This document shows, in pieces, positions 1 through 14,232 of a stretch of 64,000 nt of DNA; positions within the stretch are counted from its first letter, which is position 1, and each line of letters begins with the position of its first letter. The translations under genes and the position numbers were made by a program. The notes under the pieces were generated by a model. That model had not been told where the DNA came from. It searched no databases and saw only the letters and a list, made by a program, of their open reading frames with translations. Source of the stretch: Octopus sinensis (Eukaryota); NCBI RefSeq assembly GCF_006345805.1, contig NC_043010.1, positions 55,118,001-55,182,000 on the forward strand, given 5' to 3'.

Positions 1-285
1 ATGTATATTCTATGTGAAAGAAAAAGCATTATGTGATTAAATGTTCGAGATATGAAATGTTACGTGGAAGACCTTGCATTTGTTTGTTCTGCAACCACAG
101 TTTAATATATATGAAAATATGAATATTATTAAAATATTATTATTATCCAGCAATAATTGAGCACCATACAGGTAGAATTATGAATATATAAAGCAGGAGT
201 ATACGAAGTACGACAATTGCTAGAAATAGCAGCTGGTAATATTCCGCCGCCATGTAGAACTTCACCAAAACAAGTAAAAGATTAA

Positions 286-370
286 TATTATATATATATA
301 TATATTATAATATATATATATATATACATATATATATTATACATATATATATATACATATATATATATAT

Positions 371-440
<70 letters not shown>

Positions 441-441
441 C
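286..441. repeat. (TA)n microsatellite
   Basis: Long interrupted TA dinucleotide run. Confidence 0.95.
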
Positions 442-1119
442 ATGCATATTTGTGTGTGTGGGTGTGTTATTAGACGGTGATGTGGGAGAGATCTGGAGAG
501 AAATGAAAACCGATATTTAGCTTATTCAATTCGAAAACCAGTTAGTAAATGTCCCGTACGCGATACTTATATCCACTATCAGTCAAGGAAATCAGATTTC
601 TACAGAGGTCAAACTCATTGATTCTGACGTAATTCAACATATAGATAGAAATCATTTTAACTCATTGAGATTTCAATATTTGATTGTGTACAACAATTTT
701 ATCTATAATGCCATCGCATATATAGCGCAGTGTTATAATCATTATTATTATTCATATCTAATTATTGCTTGATCAGATTATGTTTTCTGTAGATATTTAT
801 ATAATAGTCTATTTCTTGCATTTATGCATCGTAAAGTATATGCTGCCATCGATGTATTCGTATGCTTGCATACGAGTGTGTACACCGGAATATATGCAGT
901 TATATATATACACACATACACAAATGTTTCGGGATGGTGATTTTGGGGTTTTCGCAAACACCCACTGTATATTCATTCTTCACTCGGTTATTACTGTTCT
1001 AATTTTTACTCGTATCCGTTGGCCAGAAACCTTTCCTCAAACACCTGTGACTTCTTCAGTGCCACTCGCCTTCCACGTGTACGATTCTCGAGTGAACAAC
1101 GAATATACAGTGCGTTTGT

Positions 1120-1341
1120 TTACATATATATACATATATATATATATAAATATATATATACGCACACACATATACATATACATATATATACGCACACACA
1201 TATATATAAATATGCATGTATATATTATATATATATTATATATATATATACACACATATATATATATATATATAATATATATATATATACATACATATAT
1301 TTCTATACATATATATATATATGTATACACATATACGTATG

Positions 1342-1373
<32 letters not shown>

Positions 1374-1394
1374 ACAAATATATGTATGTATATA

Positions 1395-1431
<37 letters not shown>

Positions 1432-1446
1432 GTATACAAATATATG

Positions 1447-1489
<43 letters not shown>
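1120..1489. repeat. Compound (TA)n/(CA)n microsatellite
   Basis: Visible run; source of the spurious YI-repeat ORFs 765-1595. Confidence 0.95.
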
Positions 1490-1491
<2 letters not shown>

Positions 1492-1930
1492 CGGGAAGCT
1501 TTATGAAAATAGACAAAAGACGAAGGCAGGTGGAAAACAAACAAACAATTGTATTAGTATGGCGCTCAGGAAATATAAATAAAACAAGTCTTTAACGTTT
1601 CGAGCCTACGCTCTTCAACAGAAAGATACACAGAGAGAAAAAAAAACACAGAAAGAAGGAGAGAAAAAAAATGCGTGCAGTAACTAACGAATCACATGGC
1701 GATCTGATTTCGGCCAGAGGTCAAAGATCAAACATGAGACGCGAGAGCGAAATAAGGGGAGATAATAGGGTTGATAATAGGGTTGAATGACCCTAGGATA
1801 GGTCTGGACAGGCGTATGTATGGGGTTGGTGTATGTATTAGCATGTATTAGTATGTATTAGTACGTATTAGTATGTATAAGTGTGTGTGTGTGTGTATGA
1901 GAGAGTATAAGTGCGTATGAGGGGTCTGGA
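1490..1930 (-). mobile_element. Penelope-like terminal-repeat (pLTR) fragment with hammerhead-like motif
   Basis: 1490-1700 is nearly identical to 34668-34875; related pieces at 9860-9915 and 55460-55570; contains an HHR-like fold at 1589-1626; abuts (TA)n. The Penelope assignment is inferred from the HHR and architecture. Confidence 0.6.
1589..1626 (-). ncRNA. Minimal type I hammerhead-like motif, A6U core variant
   Basis: Minus strand reads UCUUU CUGUUGA A GAGC GUAG GCUC GAAA CG UU AAAGA: 5-bp helix I, 4-bp helix II, palindromic ACGU helix III, GUU site. Confidence 0.6.
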
Positions 1931-2239
1931 CTTCTAGTTATATATATATATATATAACTATATATAACTATATATATATATAAACACACAAACAACTAAG
2001 TATTTATATGTGTGTATCTTTGTGTGTGTGTATACAGATATGTGACGAAATATTTCAGGACAATGGACATGAGATAAAAAATGAAAAGTAAGAAATGGGT
2101 AAAAAATGTAAATATATAGTGCGTGTGTTTATTTGCCCACCTCCACCCACGAAAAGAAGACACAAAATTTTAAATTCCGAAATATGACTATATATATATA
2201 TATATATATACATATGGGTGTATGTGTGTGTGTGTGTGT

Positions 2240-2405
2240 GTGTATACACATATGCAACGAGTTCCCTTCAGTTTCCCTCTAACAAGTCTTCTGTTCGGCC
2301 CGGGGCTATTGTTGGAGACACTTGTCTGAGCTTCCACACCACAAGTGGTCCGAACCGGGAAACATGCGGTTGGTAAACAGTCTTTTTGACTCACAGTCAT
2401 GCCAT
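2240..2405 (-). mobile_element. Degenerate SINE family C, 5' fragment
   Basis: Diverged match to the head of the copy at 54362-54792. Confidence 0.6.
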
Positions 2406-3655
2406 CAGCCAGTGGCGCGACCTTGCCTGCGAGAGAATATTTAATTTATGACGGCACGGTGGTATTTTAAATTATAATTCTCTCTTCTTGGCACAGTACC
2501 ATACAGCTTACCACGGTTCGCTCCCTCACTCGTGATTAATTCATCGGCAACAAATGTAATAAAACAATAGAATCACAGCAGAGCTAAGCAAACAAAACGT
2601 ATTTCACACCGTTGATCTAAAATATCTACAAAACAATCAGTTTACTTATCGTTAATATTGAGTGTATTATCAAGAGAATAACAACAAGCAGGCGTCTCAA
2701 CACGCCGTTGTAATGGAACCTACTTAAGCCGATTCACGGGCGGTACATAAATACAGGAAAATGAGATCTGCTTTAATTTGTCGTGATGTGTGGACTTATC
2801 TAACTCACGGCCAGAACCTTTCGCAGATACGTGTTATACATTTGTATGATTTAATTTCAAGTCTTGGCGATTATTTATATTCTCACCGTATTTTATAATT
2901 AGAGTAGAATGAGCTTCTAAACGAGAAATATGGCATCAACAGGAAGTGAACTTTGGCAGGCGATCAAGTACATCCGTTTATCTCTTTTTTTTCTCTTTTC
3001 TATTCAATGTGATTATTTATCCGCCATTATTCTATTAGATTTCATCCACTGCCCATACTTCTGTCTAACTCTCTTGGACTTTTCCTTGACTTCCCTTAAT
3101 TTCGTGAATAAAATTAGCCCTCAACACAAATGTTCAATTCGCAACGTAAGTAGCGTACAAAAGCCGTTGCTGAATATATATTTATGTGTGTGTGTGTATG
3201 CATGCATGCATGCATGCATGCATGTATGTATGTATGTATGTATGTATGTATGTATGTATGTATGTATGTATGTATATAATAAAATCCGTTCTGTCTGTGT
3301 GTGTGTGTGTCTTCTAGGATCTCGGGCATCCTCCATCCGATAGCGCTCAAATTTGATATGTAGATACCGAAGACATCAGAGCGTGTATAAGCCTACAAAA
3401 AATTACAAAAATCGATTCCAGGTGGGAATGCGACCTATAAACCCGTGGGAACGTGCATTTGTAATATCGTTTTTTTTTTTTTTAATAGAATAAACTCTAT
3501 CTTTATTTCTTCTTTTGCTGGTGTCTCAAATTTAGGGTAAATCAGGGTTTCTCAAAGGGAAGGCCCATGAGACGGTCGGACAAGTTGTTTTGAGGAAATT
3601 TGGTTTGGATGTTTGACACTTCAGCACTGTCCATTGGACGGGGGGGTTGCTCGTA

Positions 3656-3696
<41 letters not shown>

Positions 3697-4572
3697 TACT
3701 TACTCAAAAATGTATGGTGTCGTTAGACCCTGTTGCATGGTTTCAACAGAATTCCAGTCTTATTCCTTAACTGCTAAATTATTAAATAAACGGCACGCTA
3801 AAGAATATACAGAATTGTACGATAATGCCTTACAATAAAAGACATTGATGTGATATTTGTAACTTTGAGACCCACATGTCACGAACTAATGTATATTTTC
3901 TTGCGCGCATATCGTTTTAATTTCAAGCGTCCGATAGACTCCGGCACTTTCTTCTATAAATTAATAATTTTCATGTACCCAGCTCATCAACGAGAGAGAA
4001 CTTTAGCCAAAATGCTGAGATTTATGCATATTTGTATACCGATTCCACACGAGCATCACTTATTCGATAAGCGACGCTGTTACGATTCCTCGTCCAAGAC
4101 ATCAAATTCCTTCCATATCAGACTCAAAGTTTAAAAATTATGAAGGATACATTTGACACGCTTGTCATAGAATATGCATTCATCTTTCGAGAGCGCTTCC
4201 TAATATGCATTGTATCGAACAGAAAATGACCCAGGACAATAATATTTTGTTCAGAGCAGAAATTTTGAGTTGTGTCGGCACTTAGCAGTCATCTACTTCG
4301 GATCATCCAAACGGATGGAAAATACAGTCGACTTCAGAGGATTCTTAAATTAGAACTTTAATATGCTTGAAGTAATACCGCAAATCATTTTAACCGACAC
4401 GTTAATAATTCTGCCAAATCACCCCCTTTGAGTGTGTAAGTATTAAAATAAACTTTTCTAGGAACGTTCAAATAAAACAATAAAGGAAAATAACATGTCT
4501 ATGTTTTTCTCCCATATTGAATGTGTGAGAAATAATGTTCGTCATTAGTGCTATTCAATATACTTTCCAGTG

Positions 4573-4974
4573 TGGAGGCGCAATGGCCCAGTGGTTAGGG
4601 CAGCGGACTCACGGTTATAGGATCGCGGTTTCGATTCCCAGACCGGGCGTTGTGAGTGTTTATTGAGCGAAAACACCTAAGGTCCACAAAGCTCTGCCAG
4701 GGGATGGTGGTGATCCCTGCTGTACTCTTTCACCACAACTTTCTCTCACTCTTACTTCCTGTTTCTGTTGTACTTCCTGTTTCTGTTGTACAAGGGCCGG
4801 CCTTGTCACTCTCTGTGTCACGCTGAATATCCCCGAGAACTACGTTAAGGGTACTCGTGTCTGTGGAGTGCTCAGCTACTTACACGTTAATTTCACGAGC
4901 AGGCTGTTCCGTTGATTCGGATCAACCGGAACCCTCGTCATCGTAACCGACGGAGTGCTTCATTCATTCATTCA
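4573..4974 (+). mobile_element. tRNA-derived SINE, family A, full length
   Basis: A-box-like TGGCCCAGTGG and B-box-like GGTTTCGATTCC; (TTCA)n tail; 12-bp TSD atactttccagt at 4560-4571 and 4974-4985; homologous copies at 33192 and 45838. Confidence 0.9.
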
Positions 4975-5165
4975 TACTTTCCAGTCATTCTTAATTTACG
5001 CTCAATGACACATGTATCAAATATGGTATCACACAATTAACTTTTACTGAGTCAGGCTAATACATATCTATAACTAATTAACCAGTCTGGTCATCATGGT
5101 TCATACAGTTATAATAATCATTTCTACTGGAGGTGGTGCTATACTTTCTACGTCGGCTCTAATGT

Positions 5166-5434
5166 TTCACTGGTACTTAATTTATAGTCCTTGAAAGGAT
5201 GAAAAGCAAATTCGACCTCGACGGAATTTGAACTTAGAACGTTGAGGCGGACAAAATACCTGTTTCTTTACTACTCACAAAGGGTTAAACACAAAGGGGA
5301 CAAACAAGGACGAACAAACGGATTAAATCGATTACATCGACTCCAGTGCGTAACTGGTACTTAATTTATCGACCCCGAATGGATGAAAGTTAGCATTTTG
5401 CCCGGCGTGCTAACATTTCTGCCAGCTCGCCGCC
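5166..5434 (-). mobile_element. SINE family B, dimeric, partial
   Basis: Reverse-complement match to 51332-51730. Confidence 0.85.
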
Positions 5435-7100
5435 TTTCATACAATTATAATAATGAGTCTAACATGACATTCCTGCCTTCTGTGTCAAGCTTTAGAGTGG
5501 CTCACATATGTTTTGCCGCATTTCTCAGCCCTTCACGCCTCGATTTCAAACCTAAGTAAATCACTGATAGATGAATTAAACAACCAATCGCGCAATGAGC
5601 GACGTTAATGTTTCTTTCGTTTAATCATTGTTCTTCTCTTTCTATATAAATCTTCTTTCTTTCTTTCTGTAACCATATCGGAATCAGTTGATCTCTGATT
5701 GGTTATTGTCACAGAAACAATGTACATGATGATTGGGTTCCAAACACATTATAAGAAAAAAAGTTAAGCTGGAGGCTAAAAACGTATTCTTCACAAAAAA
5801 CAATTTACTCGGTGCAAAAACTGTTCAAAGAAATCACCGGAATATATTATTATTTCAAAGATAGCGTAGCTGAAATGAGGTCTCCATGTTTAAAACAGGA
5901 CAAAATGTATTACCGACTATTTGCACTTGAAACGACAACACATATTCTCACTCACTCTCATTGTCTAACTCATTACAAGTATTCGACATAATACTTCAGT
6001 GAAATTCTTTTTCACATAGAAGGAAATTCGAAAACAGCGTTATTTTTTTCTTTAAAAACGCATCATGCCGCCAGTATCGTCAGCATCTAGTTATCGTATC
6101 CTTTCAGCTGATTCGTGTCACTTGGGAAGACAAAAAAGTTTAACTCACCCATTTCCGAGCCAATGCTTTAATGCAGTCGCTCAAGAATATTTGGAAAGTA
6201 GGAGTTAAATACAAAATAAATTGTAGTATAAAACGAAATGGAGAAAGACTGAAAAATAGGAATGAAATTAAAGAAAGTTCATAATGCAAGAGGCAAATGT
6301 AGAAAAATCTGACATATTGATGTAAGACGATGCAAAACTAGTTGAACATGTCAAGTTAAAAGAAAAGAAACATAAAAATCAAATATCGATTAACATATGT
6401 AAGGAAATGTAAAATTAACCAGACATTTTTATCTAGATCTGTTTTACAGCTAAAAGACAATTATAGTGAATGGGAATAGCATGCAAAAAATGTGAGCGGT
6501 TGAAAGAGAAACAGACAGTGATTTTGATATGAACAATGGAGAATAGAATTTGAATATGTACGATTTATCACGTGATAGAGAAGACTTTGAAAAAATATTA
6601 TTTAAATTAAATCTCCATCTGTAAGCGTGTATATGCGTGTGGTTTAAATAAAAAGAATTACATTTGTAAAACACAAGTTAGTATAGAAGATATATTAAAC
6701 TAGATAATTGAAAAGTTCCCTGACCGCTCGGTCACCAGTTTTCATGTTTAGGATGAGGGCTCGTGTGGAGGTATTTCTAGATAATATATGAATGAAACAT
6801 GATTAAATGTAATAATGCATTCTATCGACAGGGGCTATGAAAAAAATATTTCTACGTTCCAAACAGAGGTTGGAAGGAAATCACAGTTACTTCCCAAACG
6901 GTTATAACCGAAATTTAAGTGTACCCGAGTATCTGTCTGACTGCATGAGAGAATGTTTTAGCCGTAACAGAAAAGAAGAGGGTGCATATGCGCTAATAAT
7001 ATTGCGTTAGTGAATTATCATTTGCTATCGAAATGGGCGATTTCCAGACGGTGTCCGTGGCACGACTGTATAGCGGCAGTAATATGTTAGGGAAAAATTT

Positions 7101-7395
7101 CGAACACCGGACGAAATGCTTAGCGGTATTTCGTCCGCCAATACGTTTTGAGTTCAAATTCCGCCGAGGTCGACTTTGCCTTTCATCATTTCGGGGTCGA
7201 TAAATTAAGTCCCAGTTACGCACTGGGGTCGAGTAATCGACTTAATCCGTTTGTCTGTCCCTCTTTGTCCTCTCTGTGTTTAGCCTCTTGTGGGTAATAA
7301 AGAAATAGGTATTTCGTCTGCCGCTACGTTCTGAGTTTAAATTCCGCCGAGGTCGAGTTTGCTTTTCATCCTCTCGGGATCGATTAAATAAGTAA
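7101..7395 (+). mobile_element. SINE family B, dimeric
   Basis: Match to 51332-51730 including the aaagaaataggtatttcgtc junction. Confidence 0.85.
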
Positions 7396-7419
7396 TTTAA
7401 TCGATTTTTGCCGGCTGAG

Positions 7420-7545
7420 GAAACTGGAGCAACGTGAAATGAAGTGTTTTGCTCAAGAACACTACGCATCGCCCGGTCCAGGAATCAAAACTACAAACTT
7501 ACGACTATGAATCCAGCACCCTATCCACTAAGCCACGCGCTTCCA
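7420..7545 (-). mobile_element. SINE family E, 5' fragment
   Basis: tRNA-like head related to the copies at 40196 and 56572. Confidence 0.6.
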
Positions 7546-7605
7546 ATAATAATAACATCGAAAAATAACTTAAGATTGAGAACCTAGGCACGAAATTTCT
7601 CAAAG

Positions 7606-7649
7606 ACACCTGATGATGGCTGGAAGGTCTATCAGCTGAAATGTTGCGT
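7606..7649 (+). ncRNA. Degenerate minimal hammerhead motif
   Basis: ACAC CUGAUGA U GGCUG GAAGGUCUAU CAGCU GAAA UG UU GCGU; core intact, helices I and III carry mismatches. Confidence 0.5.
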
Positions 7650-8924
7650 TAACAGCAATCAAGATGAGGACAAATATTCGTCAAATGTAGATAAGGTAAA
7701 TAACGTAAATAATCTAATATAATCTGTTTCTTTGTTTGTTTTAACATCGTCTTCGTATTTTTATTTTTATTTTTGTGTATATGTTTATGTGTGTGTGTGC
7801 ATGAGAGAGAGAGAGAATACGAGTTGTGTGTGTGTGTAGCGACACGTTTATACATATGCATGCATACCCATGCACACACACACAGATCCCAGAATAAATA
7901 TATTCTGAGTATTATCGCCCTACATCGCTATTACCTATAATCCTATATTTTCCCCTTGTTTACAGTACTACATTATCGCTAACTCTCTTTATTACATCTG
8001 TAATTTCATTGTTCTCCTCATCCTTCCCCTCCTCATCCTCCTCCTCACTCGCATTTCCTCGTGTATTTCTTATACCGCCCCCACAAAATCTCCACCAATA
8101 TCACCTCGAGAGTATTTGTTCCGTTTGCCTTCCTTCATACCTAACTCTCTCTCATTCCATTTTTGTGACTTTATCTGCTATTTTAGAAGAACTGTATTTA
8201 TAGCGCCAAACAGAAGAAAATTATATGCTTGATTTTTATCAATATATATGGCAAACATCATTTGTGTTGCAACGTTTATTTTTGCATTGTGAAATAAAAC
8301 AAATGTAAGCTTACAGCCAGATGATGATCTACATCTAAATATACATATATGTAATTAAGAAACATTATTCAGATTATTGAAGTAATGTGTATCTACTTTT
8401 GTACTGAAGATCAAGAAAATATATTTATATACATTTCAAAATGAAGACGATTTGTAACTTCAATAACTCTGTAATGTTTGTCTTGTTTCTTTGTAGTAGT
8501 TTATCGCAGAACGTATTTGTATTTGATGTTGAAGATCTATGATTAAATATGTTTTAGTGATAACCATTGAATGCTTCAGTGTTGCTTTATAAAATTTGGT
8601 CTACGTTAAACTATTATCTCGGGCATACGGCTATTTTGTAACTCGATAATGTGTCGTTTGTCAAAATTTGTCTGGTAAGTCTGGTGATGCCAGCTAAGAT
8701 ATTAATGGTTCTTTGTTGGAATAACCTTAAGAATTGTTAGACTGAAACTATACCTAATCGGCAATAAGCCTACTCACAAAATAAAAGCAAAACTAAACTG
8801 TTTTGCTGTATTTTGCATAGTATATACTTGCAGTGTTATGTATTAGATTTCCTAACGTGTCCTGTATTTAACCATTGTATGGTTGTGAAATTTCAAGTAA
8901 TTATGACAGCGATATTTGGAGGGG

Positions 8925-8947
8925 ACACACACACACACACACACACA

Positions 8948-9010
<63 letters not shown>

Positions 9011-9074
9011 CATATATACATATGTATGTACACACACACACACAAACACACATACACACACACAGACATATATA

Positions 9075-9140
<66 letters not shown>
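8925..9140. repeat. Compound (CA)n/(TA)n microsatellite
   Basis: Visible run. Confidence 0.95.
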
Positions 9141-9144
<4 letters not shown>

Positions 9145-9657
9145 TTACAAGCATGGCTAGCTTATCATAGGTCTGGGAACCTATATTTGTAGGCAATTAT
9201 TTAATGCCTACGTTTCTTATAGAACTCTAATCAGTCCAATATAGGAATGCCATCTTATATCAATAACCTTTTCTACTAGTATTTCACTGGTACTTGTTTC
9301 AGATCGGTTTCAGATGGGATTTATTACCTAATATGATTAATATTTTTACATAATTTTTGCATATCAATGGCAATACCATTGGAAACAGAAACAGCTGTTA
9401 GATGGGATACATTCTATTTGCATTAAATCAATAAATAATAATTGATGTAAGTCAATTGTTGTTCATCAGTAATTCTCCATTTTCTCTTTTCATAAAATTT
9501 CGATTCTTGATAAACCCAAGTTTATCCTTGTCTTTACCATAAATGTTGGGCATAATATATTTGTTTACGTATGCTCATAGTTAAATATATGTAATGTACC
9601 GGTAATGTAATGAACACTTCTATGCCTTAGACGGTTATTTCAACCTCAAACTCAACT

Positions 9658-9860
<203 letters not shown>

Positions 9861-11227
9861 AGGGAAAGGTTACGAAAAATAAACAAAAGACGAAGGCAGG
9901 TGGAGTACAAACGATATGCATATATATATTAATATATATTTATATATATATATATATACATAGATGCATATATATTCAGACAGATAGACAGATACACGTG
10001 TATGTGTATGTTTGTATGTGCGTGTGTGTGTCTATATATTCGAGACTAGTCTATACGTTTAGGCATAGCAATTATAATTTGGGATAATAATAAACACTTC
10101 TAGGGGCGATATATATATTGTAATAGAAATAAAACGATTCGATATTATTGAATAAGTATTTCTCCAAAACACCTAACATGTTATTAGAGTCATACTCTAG
10201 TATTATACTGATTTTTCAATATCTACTGACTGGAATGTTGCAATCCACTCGATTTGTCGCCTGAGATTTAACTGCGAGGTTCTCTCAGTAGCAAGCACCA
10301 TCCTTACGAGGCTTTTATTTCCTCGCTTAAAAACTCGAAATTCATCCCAAAATATTCTTGAAATATATTAAGTACTTTTGGTAGTAACTACGATACTTAT
10401 ATAAATAAATGCAGCTAGTCACGAATTCGATAATTAAAAGATTCTATGTACATTCGCTATATGATTCTCAGTCAAATTTTAGATCTTATTTACAAGTGTC
10501 TAGAAAGATTTTCCTTCACTGCTAATGCCATTCCCTGAAAATGAATTTTCCGTTTGCTTACTGCTTTTAGATACCTCAATTGCCTACCTTTCTTTCTTGA
10601 ACACATCGCTTTGATCAGCTTTCCAGGTATTGATTTATTTTTCTTGATTTAATAGAATAGCCTCAGTAAGTAACTTAGTAGTAATATTTAATTTTCTCTT
10701 ATTCAGCTGCGCTCAATGGCTTAGCGTGTACGACTGCCATCTTAGATAAATAAAAAGAAAGAAAATCAAACCAAAACGAAGATTGCTCACCGTCTTCAAA
10801 GGTCGCCAGTGTTTACTTGATTGGGTGTAATACACGAAGCTGAAAATTGATGGTAACCATATTGATGTAATAAAATACTAGTAAAAAATAATAGAAAAAG
10901 AAAGCGAAACGATAATATTTCTAAAGTATAATAACGATATGAAACAGAAATACTTGAACGTGATTCTGTATACTATGATTATTATAAAACTTGAAAAATT
11001 GCCAATAAAAATGAGACGTGGACAAGTTTGAGAAAATAACAAAACTGGCATCTGTAAGAAGTGTTAGGATAGTCTGAAAAGGCGTTGAACATCAAGCATT
11101 GCAATACGTTCGTCGAGTTATAACGTAACGCGGTTTAAAAAGGAAACACTTGACGTTCTTCGCCCGAAGGCAGATGTCAATAATCGCAACAACGCTGCTG
11201 CTGTTGCTGCTCCGACAGATATTATTG

Positions 11228-11584
<357 letters not shown>

Positions 11585-11585
<1 letters not shown>

Positions 11586-11665
11586 TGGTAGATGCTGGCA
11601 GTGCCTGCAGACGGGCGAAATACAGCTAAGCATTTTCCCTAACGAGTCTGCCAACATACTGCCTT
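11585..11665 (-). mobile_element. SINE family B, degenerate 5' fragment
   Basis: Reverse complement reads ggcagactcgttag...aaatgcttagctgtatttcg, like the family B head. Confidence 0.55.
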
Positions 11666-11693
11666 ACGGAGAAGAACAACAATAATATTAATA

Positions 11694-11895
11694 ATGTCAA
11701 AGTTCAAAGATCTCGAATTTCTACTATTGAAGATGCGCAGCATGGCGGTATACACTATGACAACAATAATTGGAGTATTAGGTATGTTAAAAAGTAAGAC
11801 ATGAAGAAAAAGGTAGAAGCTGATCCTCAATACTTCGCATCATCCCCCAAAAAGGTCAGCTCGGAACAGCCCACATTCTACACAATTCACTATAA
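11694..11895 (+). pseudogene. Dong/R4-like LINE, degenerate RLE C-terminal fragment
   Basis: Translates MSKFKDLE...TTIIGVLGMLK...GQLGTAHILHNSL*, matching LSKYKDLE...PIIVGALGMIKK...ALLGTAHILRRTLS at 26714-26953. Confidence 0.75.
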
Positions 11896-12459
11896 ATTCA
11901 ATTAAACAAGCAACAAACACAAAACACTCTATACAGCAATTATCCAAGGAAATAAACTTCCACCAGCAAACACAAAATACAGGCTGTAACACAACAATAA
12001 AGTGCACCGCACCTGAAGAGAGAAAAGTAGAAACACATCACAATACTGGGAAGAGATTGCGTACTTGCAGCCGCAGAATAGGACACAGAATGTTGCAAAC
12101 ACTACAACAATACAGAGATGTAGTAGGTGATGCAGAAGAAATTTGCCTCAGACTAATAAATGTTATTTAGAATATAATGTGCAGCCGGTTACTTCGGCTC
12201 AAGAAATTTGCTGGTATTTAGACTTTGATTCGAAAACGAACAATACAATGAAAATATACAGGTACAAGGACTAATATCTTAACCATAAAGAAATAAATGT
12301 TGCTGACAATAACAATTTAATGATTAGATGAATCAAGGAAACGGAACCTCTTAATTAACACTGCCGAATTTGACGTTCATTTCAAAACTCAAATTTGCTG
12401 ACGGTGACAGCTTCCTCGTTTGTTAAATTAGATATAGATGTCTCTATATATTACCATTG

Positions 12460-12464
<5 letters not shown>

Positions 12465-12542
<78 letters not shown>

Positions 12543-12623
12543 AGTTTTTCGTCATTTCCTCATTACGTCTTGCTGGAGGAGATGTTAACACTGAAAGTTT
12601 ATTATCATAAAATCAAGGAAATA

Positions 12624-12673
<50 letters not shown>

Positions 12674-12684
12674 ATATTATATAT

Positions 12685-12744
<60 letters not shown>

Positions 12745-12750
12745 ATATAT
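12465..12750. repeat. (TA)n/(TG)n microsatellites
   Basis: Visible runs. Confidence 0.9.
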
Positions 12751-13319
12751 ACAGTAAATGAATGATATTACGCGGCAAATATTGCCAACTCGTAAGTATT
12801 TAAATATTCACGGATATACACAATGTATAATGTGATATAATTATATCTTCCAAGGCATTACATTTTATGAATGATCCTGTTAAACGACAGTAAACTTTTC
12901 CGGTTATTTAAAGTTAGAATTGGTTAGAAAGTCACTTAAATCGCAAGCAAAATACTAATTTAATTCAAAGCTACGTTTCGAGGTTGCTGTGTAAATTAAT
13001 TTCTGCAAAGAAGAAGTTTTATGGATAAGTATGTGCCTCTACCTGAAACTATGTGCAATATTGTTGGCTGTGTCTCATTGTGCTTGCATGAGAATATTCT
13101 ATATGTATTCTTGTAGGTTATACCATGCTGCTTTTGCGCTGACACTCCATATGATAGCATGACACTGAGCACTTTCACGTTACCATTAGACACTCTCAAA
13201 TACAGAAATTCTCACACACATGGTCATATAAAGGCACATACACACGCACACATACAAAGACACACAAGAAGCACATACATATATATCTATATTAAGTTAT
13301 AATTATGTGTAGATATTTA

Positions 13320-13790
<471 letters not shown>

Positions 13791-14178
13791 AATTTTCCAT
13801 TTGAAATATTAATAAAACTCCGGGTATTTTACGTTTATTGAAATTGTTGATAATGGATTAGCGAACGTATCATACGCATTCAAGTATTTAATATTGGTAT
13901 CTCATATTTAGTTTTGACACTTTCTATGTGGCAAACCATTATCTTTCTTCAATGGTTTTAATTGCTAAATGAAATTTCTATTGATTTTCATTTATTCATT
14001 TTTGAATAAGATAATTTTATCTTTGCTTCGGAAAAGCACGGAAACCATACGTCAATTACAAGTTATTCAATACAACCAATAACGAAGAACTGAATGTATA
14101 CTTCTTCTTATAAATAATAAAGGACAATACATTCGTGAGTCTCGAAGCAGTCACTTATTTTTAATAATACACACACAT

Positions 14179-14180
<2 letters not shown>

Positions 14181-14232
<52 letters not shown>

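Noticed and set aside
765-1595. Long ORFs rich in YI/IY, HT, CV, LSIY, poly-T/L/V/E (here and throughout the window)
   Set aside because: They are translations of (TA)n, (CA)n, (TCTA)n and triplet microsatellites that lack stops; no protein-like complexity
4573-4645. tRNA genes at SINE heads (also 19353, 50079, 57088)
   Set aside because: A/B boxes are present but there is no proper acceptor stem or cloverleaf, and sequences continue into SINE bodies with TSDs
9150-9620. Possible L1-like RT remnant on the minus strand (YPI*QLFLF resembling GCPLSPLLF)
   Set aside because: Too degenerate to support without a profile search
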